Below, piece after piece: positions 48,243 to 59,836 of a stretch of DNA of 64,000 nucleotides. The translations under genes and the position numbers were made by a program. The stretch is from contig CM082581.2 of the NCBI GenBank assembly GCA_040954595.2, forward strand, positions 2,596,699-2,660,698, read 5' to 3'. Position 1 is the first letter of the stretch, and each line of letters begins with the position of its first letter. The notes beneath the pieces are model-generated. The model was not told the origin of the DNA. It searched no databases and was given only the letters and a program-made list of their open reading frames with translations. Source of the DNA: Balanoglossus misakiensis. Its lineage: Eukaryota > Animalia > Hemichordata.

Positions 48243-49224
48243 GCTATTTCACTGGAAAATTTTAACAATAATATCAGTATCTACTGGCATAGCACATACG
48301 TTAACAGGGAACGAAATAAGCATAGAATAGCTTACAGACACTGCCAAAGGTTCTATAGAGACTAATGTATGATTTGGATGAATACGACCATTCATGGACA
48401 GTCTCAATAATAATGAAACAACTAAATAACTAATACAATAATAAACTAACTCAAGTCAATATACAATATTTAACTTATAACTTAATATTTTTTTTTTCAA
48501 CAAGCGCTGACAATTTTTTTTTCCACGTCGTTTGGAAAATAATGAACTGAAATTTACAAAGAAAATTTATACTTCAGCACTTAACCAAAATATACTGTTG
48601 AAAGAAAATAATTTTTTTTTTTTTTTAAAGCAGGCTAAAGGCAACAAAACAGGGGTTTATATCCACATGGAGCCCACTTCAACAATTAAATCAAAGTCAA
48701 AACTACTTTGACCACATTGCATTATATAGACAATATTGAAATTTCTAAGAAAAATTTACAAACATTACGTTACACCAGGTTCTACGGCGAATAACCAGAA
48801 AGTTCGTTTGCAATAAAATACCCAGTCCACAAGTTCAAGTCCGAAGTTATCACAGATGGAAACTATGCGCCACGGACGGAATTTATGCGCACTGTCTATA
48901 GTTCGCACGGAATAACACTGTCAAGTTCTGGACACACAATACCTTGTATACCGCGATGAACACTTCACACTAAACAGTTCCGGCCGGTAACAGTTCAGCG
49001 ACTTCACCACTTGGCACTCTGCAGAGAATTTTCCTCGCCGTTGACGCTTGGACCTGGCTCCCGTCTGTCTGCAGTCCGGGTGGCTCCCCAAGGACGTCCA
49101 GCTCAGCGAAAGACACACCTGGTTGGGCGTTGTCCGTTGTCCAGACACTTCTGACCAGTTAAAACATGGCACTTGTCAGTATCATCCTCTCCGTCCCGAA
49201 AAAGAACTTGCGTAGGAATTGCCA

Positions 49225-49243
49225 AATCCTGCCGACTACGCCA
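49225..49243 (-). promoter_or_regulatory. Primer-binding site complementary to tRNA-Ser
   Basis: TGGCGTAGTCGGCAGGATT lies 2 nt inside the 5' LTR and matches the animal tRNA-Ser 3' end AAUCCUGCCGACUACGCCA. Confidence 0.9.
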
Positions 49244-49245
49244 TT

Positions 49246-49632
49246 TGTCACGGTTGTCGCCGTTCATTCCAACATATTCACACCAAACAGGTTACGGGTA
49301 ACAAAGACATAGGCCTTACATTTAATAACTGAAATGGAACAAATACATGTCAGTTCCAACGTGTGTGGCCGGTCTGGCTACAGAGGTGAACTGACCAATT
49401 TTATGCACCATGTCCTTTTATATCAGCAATTACATCATAGTGCCAGATTAGCTTGTGTTCATTGGTCAAATGAAACTTCCAGGTGGTTTGCATATAATTA
49501 AGATCAACCAATTGAAGGTAAGTACTATTACGTCATATGAATAATTGAATAACTAATTACTATAAGATACAGGTATAACATACATACAGATATACATGTA
49601 TACAAATTCAATGGATCAACAAGGCCGTTACA
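49246..49632 (-). repeat. 5' LTR
   Basis: Direct repeat of 42086-42472, adjacent to the PBS. Confidence 0.97.
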
Positions 49633-50447
49633 AAAGTTTGATACACGAAGAATGCAATCAGAACACAATATACATTATATTGTTTTGAGAATATCCATCT
49701 AATTTATCAGGCGATGAAACAGGTAGAGAGTCCCTGCGTTAGACCATAGCTACGCGCGATTGTACAATCATGTATTAAAACAAACATGGCGTCGATCGAC
49801 GACATCACATCACGAAGAGAGATCGAGTCACAGTCCGATCGAATAATGGAGGTAGAACCTCGGGCAAACGCGAACGATCTTACATGTTTGCTAACTTTGA
49901 TGATTAGGTTGCAATGATCAATCTAGGCCCGATCAAGAAGACTGAGCTAGAATTTGCCGTGGTAAACCATGACACATTGATTACATCTCGGACACATGCA
50001 GACCATCTCTTTTTACGTCCATGTGCAGACACACACGAAACGTCTAATCATGGTCTAATTTATTCCGACGGGTGACATGCTAGCCCAATTCTTAACTCCA
50101 GAATTCTCAAACATGCCCTCTTCTCATTCTAAGACTGACAGACTTCTCATGTGTTCATTCGGGCCCGCCAAACACAGCAAGCGCAGCGGGCCCATGGGCT
50201 AGCTGGGCCCGGTGGGCCCGAATGCGGGCCCACCAAACACATTTAATTAGCAAGCCCTGAGGGCCCATGGGCCTGCTGGGCCCGGAGGGACCGAGCCCCC
50301 TGGCGCGCGCAGCAAGCCACTGAGCGCGCCAGGCAAGCGCGCCATGTGCAGGACATTCAGTCTGTAGTGTATGTTTGACAATTTTTGGACCTATTACTAG
50401 TTTTGTAATTGCTCAGAAAGCATTTCCTTACAATTAGGGGACCGGAA

Positions 50448-51436
50448 TGTTACGGCCAAAAATATTTAGCTTAAAGTAGCAGTTTTATTCCTATGGTTTC
50501 TGTTTGACTTAAATTTGCTTAGTATCGACACTAGGTCAAGGCACTTGTATAACGGTGACTCATACTTCCTGTCAAGGGCATTACCCCCATTACGTAATAC
50601 CATATCAAAGTTCAACGTCAGTCAAGTGTAAGTACTAGGTTTCAGAAGCACATGGGTTTTCAAAGAGCAAGCATTGTGCTGAAGAGAGAGTGTCGGTTTT
50701 GTGCTTCTAACACACTCAAAAGGGGACGGACCAGTCCATGAATTGTATTGTTTTGATGGGCTAACAGCCAGGAGGTCACATAATTCTGGTAAGCCTATTT
50801 TCGAGCCAAAATATTCTGTAGAAATCAAGTTTTATTCGTGGACTGTGAGTACCACACAAGTTGGCCATTCTCTCCTGGCAGAGATGGCATGTGGCAATTT
50901 TCAAATCAGTTTTACACATCATATTTCATACCAAGAGACTTTCCACGGACTCTGATTTAGACAGTTCATCGGACACAAGTTGCTTTTTGACTTCAGTGAT
51001 GTATTTTATAGATTTAGAGTTTCTTCTGTTTGAAAGTGCTTTATGCATAATTAATTAGGCTTTGGAATGCAAAGTACTTTAGAAGGGGCAAGTGCATGCT
51101 TCTTGCCTCTAGAGGGCGCCATACATAAGAGGCCATGGTTCAAGGTGGTAAACTTGACCTTTGAATCCTCGAGTTGTGTAACAGTGACAAATACTTATGT
51201 AGTGTATTATTTTATTTTATTTTCAGTCAATCGTTCTACGTTCCACGTCTTTAAGTTTACCGTTCCACGTCTATGTATAGTGTCGAATAAACCCTGTGAC
51301 AAAGAATTTGACACTAGCAGTGATTTGTTAAAGAGCGACGCATTGCGGAGAGATCTACCCTGACTGTTTACCCCAAGCAGTGCGCAGCAGACTATATAGT
51401 TGACCATAAAAGGAAGTCTGTTTGTGTGCCGCTACA
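50448..51436 (+). repeat. 3' LTR of BEL/Pao element (right-arm copy)
   Basis: PPT-like AATTAGGGGACCGGAA followed by TGTTACGGCC...GCCGCTACA, then satellite. Confidence 0.85.
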
Positions 51437-53295
51437 CGGCCTAAATAACGACTTTTTCGCTCCTTGGTTGGTCATTCGGACGGAAAGACACGGTTTTAGC
51501 GAGTTTATCTTTCTCTCTCCTGAGCACTCCGTATTCAGACTTGCCAAAGTGAAGCGCGACAAAAATATGACCATGTTTCCCTGCATGTTTTATTTACCCG
51601 ACAGATAAAAACGCAGCGTTGATATTGAAATGAATTGGCTTTATGAAAATGATAAAAATTACAATAATAATGTCGTTAAAAATTCTCACAAAAAAAAAAG
51701 AAATAAAAAAGTGGTCTCGAACCAACATCAGTTGGCACCTTCAGGTAAAAGGGTAGCCTTCCTGAACCATTCGCCATCACGATGTGTACTCGAAAAAGTC
51801 GGAAATTTTCCGCACTATATTGCAGCATAACTCCAATGATCTTATTTGCACCGCAGCGGTGCAAATAAGAGTTCCCTGCACCGCAACGATCTGACCGTTC
51901 TTTATTCACTCCTCGGCGACAAAAACGTTTTATTACGGCCTAAATAACGACTTTTTCGTTCCTTGGTTGGTCATTCGGACGGAAAGACACGGTTTTACGC
52001 AGCGAGTTTATCTTTCTCTCTCCTGAGCACTCCGTATTCAGACATGCCCAAGTGAAGCGCGACAAAAATATGACCATGTTTCCCTGCATGTTTTATTTAC
52101 CTGACAGATAAAAAACGCAGCGTTGATATTGAAATGAATTGGCTTTATGAAAATGATAAAAATTACAATAATAATGTCGTTAAAAATTCTCACAAAAAAA
52201 AGAAATAAAAAAGTGGTCTCGAACCAACATCAGTTGACACCTTCAGGTAAAAGGGTAGCCTTCCTGAACCATTCGCCATCACGATGTGTACTCGAAAAAG
52301 TAGGAAATTTTCCGCACTATATTGCAGCATAACTCCAATGATCTTATTTGCACCGCAGCGGTCCAAATAAGAGTTCCCTGCACCGCAGTGGTGCAAATAA
52401 GAGTTACCTGCACCGCAACGATCTGACCGTTCTTTATTCACTCCTCGGCGACAAAAACGTTTTATTACGGCCTTAATAACGACTTATTCGCTCCTTGGTT
52501 GGTCATGCGGACGGAAAGACACAGTTTTAGCGAGTTTATCTTTCTCTCTCCTGAGCACTCCGTATTCAGACTTGCCAAAGTGAACCGCGACAAAAATATG
52601 ACCATGTTTCCCTGCATGTTTCTTTTACCCGACAGATAAAAAACGCAGCGTTGATATTGAAATGAATTGGCTTTATGAAAATGATAAAAATTACACTGAT
52701 AATGTCGTTAAAAATTCTCACAAAAAAAAAATAGAAAAAAAAGTGGTCTCGAACCAACATCAGTTAACACCTTCAGGTAAAAGGCTAGCCTTCCTGAACC
52801 ATTGGCAATCACGATGTGTACTCGAAAAAGTCGGAAATTTTCCGCACTATATTGCAGCATAACTCCAATGATCTAATTTGCACCGCAGCGGTGCAAAATA
52901 AGAGTCCCCTGCACCGCAACGATCTGACCGTTCTTTATTCACTCCTCGGCGACAAAAACATTTTATTACGGCCTAAATAACGACTTTTTCGTTCCTTGGT
53001 TGGTCATTCGGTCGGCAAGACACAGTTTTAGCGAGTTTATCTTTCTCTCTTCTGAGCACTCCGTATTTAGACTTGCCCAAGTGAACTGCGACAAAAAATG
53101 ACCAAGTTTCCGTGCATATTTCTTATACCCGACAGATAAAAAACGCAGCGTAGATATTGAAATGAATTGGATTTATGAAAATGATAAAAATTAAAATGAT
53201 AATGTCGTTAAATGTTCTCACAAAAAAAAAGAAATAGAATAAAAAGTGGTCTCGAACCAACATCAGTTGACACCTTCAGGTAAAAGGCTAGCCTT
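51437..53295 (-). repeat. ~500-bp satellite, about 3.7 monomers
   Basis: Reverse complement of the 6999-14920 monomers, with the same LINE and LTR junctions. Confidence 0.95.
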
Positions 53296-53712
53296 ACTTT
53301 TGTTTTATCTTTTATTAAAAAGGACAGGCCCACTGGCTTGCCCTGTTAAAAGTAGATTGTACATTACAAGTAGCTTGAAATTACAGTGAAAGATTCATAT
53401 TAAATAAATTCCATAAATTCTCAACATGTTACACTACTATTGCAAATCATTACAATATTGATGAAAAAACATTCACCGGAATGAATGCATGTGTAATCAA
53501 ATCATTCAACATAAACAATCTTTAAATTCACAATATTGCATTACAGTATTCCATCATTTATGTAAGTCCTATACTCCAATCTGTCATGGAATTGTGACAT
53601 ACAATTTAATTACAGGAACAATTACCAGTAAAAAAGATGGTATGTAACACCAGAGGGCGCCAGGTTCAACTGAAGGTGACAACATAGACAAAAAGACTGT
53701 CTAAAAATTTAA

Positions 53713-54316
53713 AGCCCCAGTATTTCTCGTGTGCATCCATTTTTCATCATCGAAAAATAGCCCGTTTTTCCAGTACATCCATCATGGAATACTATATAAT
53801 GAAGATGTAAGAAAGGTTTGGGCAATTGTAGCTACATGCAAGCCGAAAATATTGCCCGTAACACTTGAAATGATGCGCGGGTTTGTTTACAACGGAAATG
53901 TTGTACATGTCGATCAGCAAACGTGCCACTTTGACATTTTGATGGTCAGACCATTTTCGGATTTGATCTGGTTCCATCGACTGATTTCTCCCATAAAGTT
54001 ATCTTCCCAAAATTTCGCCGAATTAGTGCGCATTTCTTCGCTGAGTCGCTTGATTTGGGGCGACCAAACCTCTTCCGCATAGATTCACATTTGAGTGCGC
54101 ATGCGCACTAGTCACGTGTGTCAACATTAGCCTGACTCACGTGACTTTCTGTCCGGACAGAAAGTCATTCTTCACTCGTTATATTGTAAATTGTATGAGT
54201 TTATCAGCAGAGCTGGTGATGATGACTGTTCGATTCAGTATCAATTATCATCTACTTTTAGAAATTATAGATGCCGTTTCAAACAAAATTTTGCCCCTAC
54301 GAGAAATACTGTGGCT
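53713..54316. mobile_element. Kolobok-type non-autonomous DNA transposon
   Basis: TTAA duplication (53709-12 and 54317-20). 18-bp TIR AGCCCCAGTATTTCTCGT / ACGAGAAATACTGTGGCT with AG..CT ends. The empty site is in the left arm at about 6582. Confidence 0.85.
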
Positions 54317-57300
54317 TTAAGGTAAAGTCAAAATCTTTTACCGTTACAAGTACATTGTTTTGTGCAAAGATGCTTTCAAATAGCGCAACATCATCACTTG
54401 CTTTGCACCTGTTATATTCAAAAGTGATTTTCTGTTTTAATTTGTACTTAAAGAACTTGATCAAGTCGATTTTCCGAGTACAACGCTTGTATGCTAATCT
54501 TCTACTATGAATTGTATAACGTGAAAGTGACAATAAAATATTGATCAGCGTGTACTCGTACTTGTCATCATTGACAGGATAACCAAATAACATCATTAGA
54601 ATTCTATCTGTTGGGTTAAACTTATTTACATTACTGGCACTGTAGATATACTCAAAAACAAGTTGCCACAAGGATTGAACTGCCTGGCAGCACACAAACA
54701 AATGATACACGTCTTCGGGAAAAAATGTGCAGAAGTCACAAGTCGGACTGAGGATTTTGCCTGCTTTATAAAGACGAAGATTACTAAAAACAACGTTGTG
54801 ACAAATGAGATAATCCAGATCACCCAGGTAATTATCCTTGAAATTTATGTAAACGATTGGCCAAACCTTACTAAAATCAAAGTTTGGCAGGTGGAAGAGC
54901 CAATACTGAACACCCGTGGGCACTGTTTTTCTCAGATGCCGAGCTATTGTAGTAATGTGTCTAACCTTAAGAGAATGGAAAGGAACACGTTGATCATGAG
55001 CATTAACAATAAAAAGAGACGGGTTTTTGTCCACTTTGTTATAATCTTTGTAATTACCCTGCAGAATATCATGCCACTTTTGAGGAATTGAATTGAGGAT
55101 AATATGGTACAGCTTCTCAACAGTATTGCTTGTGGGAGTGTCAGGATGGGCCAATGAAACCACGTCACCAATTGCATCAACAGGTAGGAACCCAGGAATG
55201 ACCATTGTATAACAAATCCCTGATTTTGACAATGCCAGCTGAACTGAAAAGCTTTATAATCGCCAGGGGGCGCCCTTCAACACTTGTAATGAATGGGTTA
55301 TGAAAAATGGGTTCATTGATAATTTCATCGTAGGAAACTGGTTGTGCACGAAAATATTTGAAAAGATGCGACCAAGACTGAAACAATTCCCTGTAGAATG
55401 TAGAACACTGACGTAAGTTGGTAGGATAAAGTAACATTTTAAAAGTGTCAACACCACAATTGAGATCGAAATACTTATTTAAGTTGTAGGTGAAATACAG
55501 CTTGAATTTGTGAACATAATCTTTATCCAGCAATTTACACAACCACTTGAGACGAAGTGCATGCACTTTGTCTTGAATATTTGTGACTTTAAGTCCCCCA
55601 TCTTGAATGTCGGAAGTGATGACATCATATTTCACCCTGTGATGACCTTTGCTCCAGAAGAAATTACAGATGTGCTCATTCAAAATTTGTATGTGTTGCT
55701 GAGGCAACGAAACAACAGATGCCCTGTACCACAGAGTAGACGTAACAAGGGAGTTGATAATGAGGGTTTTCCCTTTGAAGGACAATTTACGAAATGACCA
55801 AGATTTCAGAATTTTACAGATTTTTGGAATGCGCTGAGCCCATCAGACCAAATCATCAGCAACTGATTTTTCATGACTCAACATGACACCAAGAATGACC
55901 ATGCCATCCGGTTGAAGCCTGACAGGTAAGGGGCAGTCAGTACGCCCTCTATTGTTTCCAATCCACATCAGTGCACTTTTGTTCAAATTAACCTTTGACC
56001 CAGAAGCTTTACCATAATCACAAAAGACCTGATACGCTTCGCGGATAGAATGGTCATCACTAACGGTAAGTGTGGTATCATCAGCATGTTGATAAACTAA
56101 GGAAGATACAGTACTGCCTGGAATTTGGATACCAAGTATGTTGTGGTTACGCTGAATAGCGGCATTTAGAGGCTCAGCTGACAGCACGTACAACATTGCT
56201 GACAGCGGGCACCCTTGTCTGACACTTCGTTTAATTAACACCGAGTCAGACAAAAACCCGTTAATTTTTACATTACTTATAACTTGGTTGTACAGTATGG
56301 AAATCCATTTAACAAAATTATCACCGAACCTGAACGCCCTCAGTGTGTTAAGCAGATACTTGTGATCAACACGATCAAAGGATTTCATCTGATCAAATTT
56401 CAGAATGGCACCTGGACAGTTACTGGATTCAACATGATGAATGAGATCTCTCATACAGAAAACATTGTCCACAATGTCAAGACCTGGGACACAGCAAGTT
56501 TGATCCGGGCTGACCATGGAGGGCATAATTCTATTGAGCCTAATGGCAAGTGTTTTAGCTAGAATTTTGTAATCACAGTTGAGGAGGGTTATAGGGCGCC
56601 AATTTTTAATGTAACGGGGGTCACTGTCTGCTTTAGGGATTAAGGTAATAAGACCAGTTTTCCACTCATCAAGGAAAAATGTTATTGGAGAAAATACAGT
56701 TGAAAATGTCAAGCAAATCATCTTTGATATCTTCCCAGAAGTGAAGATAAAATTCGTACGGTAAACCATCAGCGCCTGGGCTTTTATTATGAATACACTT
56801 AGAGAGGGCAAAGGTCACCTCTTCTACCGAAAACTCTGAATCGGCGACAGCGCACTCCTTATCAGAAACAGTATTTGTGATGTAACCAAGGAAAGTATTT
56901 TGAAGTGCAAGATCACAAGGCTCATTGTTATAAAGCTTTGAGTAAAATGTATGAGCTTCTGAGATTATATCAGTAATGTCAGTGAGAATTTCATTGTTGT
57001 CAGTAATTAAAGATTTGATGCATTTTCTTTCCTGCTTAAACTTTTCTAGGTTAAAGAAAAACCGAGTGGATATCTCGCCCGCCTCATACAACTGGATCTT
57101 AGAACGGATTAAGGCCCCTTTGGTTTCTAAGGAAATAGTGTTGTCAAGGTCTTCCTGAATGATATGAGCATTAGTAAGATCATAGTCGGTGAAACGGTTA
57201 GCTTTGTTAAGTTCCCATTTTAGTTTTTTTCTCTAAGGTTTTCTTCAAGTGGCGCCTCAATTTTGCCTGCTGTTTTGCATACTTCTGGGAAAATCTACGA

Positions 57301-58232
57301 ATATTATGTTTTAAACACCCCCATCACTGAATTTTATTACTTGTATAATTGAGGTCAAATTTAGGCTTTTTAATGATATCCAATATATTATTGACATAAA
57401 CTTTATCCCTCAAGAGATTTTTATTTAAAGCTCAGACTCCCGGACCCCGAGGTGAGTTATGGAAATTGAATTTGAACTGGATAAGTTCATGGTCGCTATA
57501 GGGAAAATGCATAATATGAGAACTTTGGCACATGTGGACAATGCTTTCATGTATGAGAGCATAATCAATGCCACTCTGCTGGAGATTGCCATGGAGATAC
57601 CGTTGCCAAGTACTTTCTCTGGCGTGAGGATGTTGTTTGCGCCAGATGTCTACCAGGGAAAACTGTGTAATGAAATTCAGCAAATGATTACGAGAAGGAT
57701 CAACATGGTTTAAAACACTATTGGATTGATCAATGTAAGGATTAATTTTAGTATTGAAATCACCTATAACAACATGCACGTAATCATTGAGAAAAAAATG
57801 GGAAAGATCCTTCCAAAACTGCGTACGGAGATGAGATTGATTAGGAGAGTAAATGTTGATAATATTAATATTGTGATGAGAAACCTGAATTTGTATGGAA
57901 ATAATTCTTCCAGCAGAGTCCCATCGATGACCAAGAATTTTAACCTCTGACCGTTTTCTCACAAGTATTGCTACCCCTCTCCTCCTTGCAGGATCTGTAC
58001 AATTATTATGAAAGAAATGAAAATCTGGAGCAATTTTGTTATGAATGTGGACAGCGATCTGATTGTCCCAGAAGGTCTCCTGAAAACAGATGACGTCATG
58101 GTGGCTATTTTTACAAAATTGCAGAACATGATCGAATGTGTGTAAATCAGAAAGGCCATTAGCGTTAACAGAACTTATAACAACCATGGTGACAACCAGG
58201 AGGAGAGGGCAGATGTTAAAAATACAATCCAT
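54317..58232 (-). pseudogene. LINE ORF2 (AP endonuclease, RT, zinc finger), fragmented
   Basis: Motifs SVNANGL, FQET, IGDFN, IDY, SDH; KSPGADG, NWRPITLLNCDYK, RQGCPLS, HADD. Several stops and frameshifts. Confidence 0.95.
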
Positions 58233-58234
58233 TG

Positions 58235-59353
58235 TTATTTACTAGTGCATTTTTGTTTATCCTTATCATCATTTTGTGGCTTTTTTCGTTCTACTAAATT
58301 TGGTGTAAAACGTTTTTTCGGGGGTCTACCTGTTTTGTTGGCTTGAAGCTCAGTGTCTTTAGAGTTCATGTCATCTGATTTGCGGCGTTTAACCTGGCAG
58401 TTTGGGATTGCTGTTTCATCTACGTCCATTTCACTGTTTTGTTGACTTTGTTCCTGTTCTGCTACTGTTGTTGTTTGGTGTAGTGAAATGTCCTCTCCAT
58501 GATCCTGCAGCCGCTCATCTGCTGATGTTTGCTGTTCCTCAGCTTGCACGTCGCTTGCTCGTTTCTGCACACTGCATTGTTCTGCTATTTGTTGTTCACT
58601 TCCAATGTCTGTCATTTACCTGTTCCTAGTCGATGTTGTGATCCTCCACTTGTTCCTCTTCATCAGAATATTGTTGGATAATGTATACATCACCATCACC
58701 ATATATTTCAGCTTCACATTCCTTTGCCCTATGGCCGACTCTGTAACATTTATAACATCTGTAATTTCCACAGGCACGTTCTAGATGACCCTTTTCATGG
58801 CAGCGTTTTCATTCATATTTCGGGCAGTTGTATATAAGGTGCGAAGAATCCAAGCAATAGTTGCAGACTTTAGACTGATTAGAATGTAACAATTGAACAT
58901 AGGGACCATTACGTTCAAACTTGACAGCATACAGTCAGGACGTAAGTGGGGTAATTACGGCGGTGAGATCAAAGAGATCTATTTGAATGTGAACGTCGCT
59001 GAGTGGCAGTTACGGCCAGTTCGAAAAATTTTCAAACGGAGATTTTCGGTACTACAAGTGATCGTAGTGCACCCATTTTTCTAAGACGTGTATGAAACAC
59101 CATAGTCAATGATAGGATGATTTTTCGTGAAGTTTTAACGACGCGTTCCCGAGAAAGACAGTTTCGGTATGTTGGTTTAAATTGTGGTCCTTGACTCTCG
59201 GCAAAGATTTCTTGTCTTGAAAAAAATTGGGTAGGTTAGGAAGATATTGAACTAAGTTACCGTGAAATTATAATAGTGTGAGCCGCTCCCTTGTGGAGTA
59301 ATGACGGTGTAAAAATTGCCTTCGCCATCGACGAGTACAGCCGTGTTTGCCAT
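58235..59353 (-). pseudogene. LINE ORF1 with three CCHC-type knuckles, disrupted
   Basis: Manual translation of 58886-58700 gives CNYCLDSSHLIYNC, (stop)KRCHEKGHLERAC and CYKCYRVGHRAKEC. A charged tail occupies 58235-58615. Confidence 0.8.
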
Positions 59354-59449
59354 ATGTGTATGCATTGAAGTAGGTCAACGCATGTTAACCCATGACGTAA
59401 TGGCTTCCTTTACAACGCATCTCTCATTTACGGTGGCCGATACCGACAC

Positions 59450-59836
59450 TCCTCTGCTATGCTAAGTCGGCCTCCTCTGCTATGCTAAGTCCTCCTCTGC
59501 TATGCTAATTCCTGCGATGCTATGCTAAGTCCTGCGATGCTATGCTAAGTCCTGCGATGCTAACTGAATCTGATCTGCTGTCGACCTCCTCTGCTATGCT
59601 ATGTCGATCTGCGATGCTATGCTAATTCCTGCGATGCTATGCTTATTCCTGCGATGCTATGCTAAGTCCTGCGATGCTAACTGAATCTGATCTGCTGTCG
59701 ACCTCCTCTGCTATGCTATGTCGATCTGCGATGCTATGCTAATTCCTGCGATGCTATGCTTATTCCTGCGATGCTATGCTAAGTCCTGCGATGCTATGCT
59801 TATTCCTGCGATGCTATGCTAAGTCCTGCGATGCTA
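59450..59836 (+). repeat. ~20-bp minisatellite with a ~117-bp higher-order duplication, probably LINE 5' UTR
   Basis: CTGCGATGCTATGCTAA(G/T)TC units; the TAACTGAATCTGATCTGCTGTCGACC block occurs at 59561 and 59678. Confidence 0.9.

Larger units (their letters stand above)
42086..49632 (-). mobile_element. Full-length young Ty3/Gypsy LTR retrotransposon
   Basis: Two 387-bp TG...CA LTRs, a 4-bp TSD AAAG, a tRNA-Ser PBS, and open gag and pol. Confidence 0.97.
37502..50369. mobile_element. CACTA/EnSpm-type DNA transposon, non-autonomous, inserted in the BEL 3' UTR
   Basis: Perfect 21-bp TIR CACTACAGACTGAATGTCCTG / CAGGACATTCAGTCTGTAGTG. The 2-bp TA duplication is confirmed by the empty site (CAATATATGTTTG) in the left arm. 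GC-rich subterminal repeats are present; no transposase ORF is seen. Confidence 0.9.
31697..55650 (-). repeat. Right arm of the giant inverted duplication (with private insertions)
   Basis: Reverse complement of 3633-21978 once the CACTA and Kolobok insertions are removed and the satellite copy-number difference is allowed for. Confidence 0.93.

Noticed and set aside
49225-49243. tRNA-Ser gene
   Set aside because: Only 19 nt including CCA, adjacent to an LTR; it is a primer-binding site.
53729-54082. ORFs inside the Kolobok-type insert
   Set aside because: They are short, with no recognisable transposase or THAP motifs.
3633-55650. Pure single-read fold-back sequencing chimera
   Set aside because: The arms differ by insertions with proper TSDs and by private substitutions, so they are distinct biological sequences. 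A haplotype mis-join remains possible.
59450-59836. Possible CRISPR-like repeat-spacer array
   Set aside because: The intervening segments are themselves duplicated, so this is a compound minisatellite.
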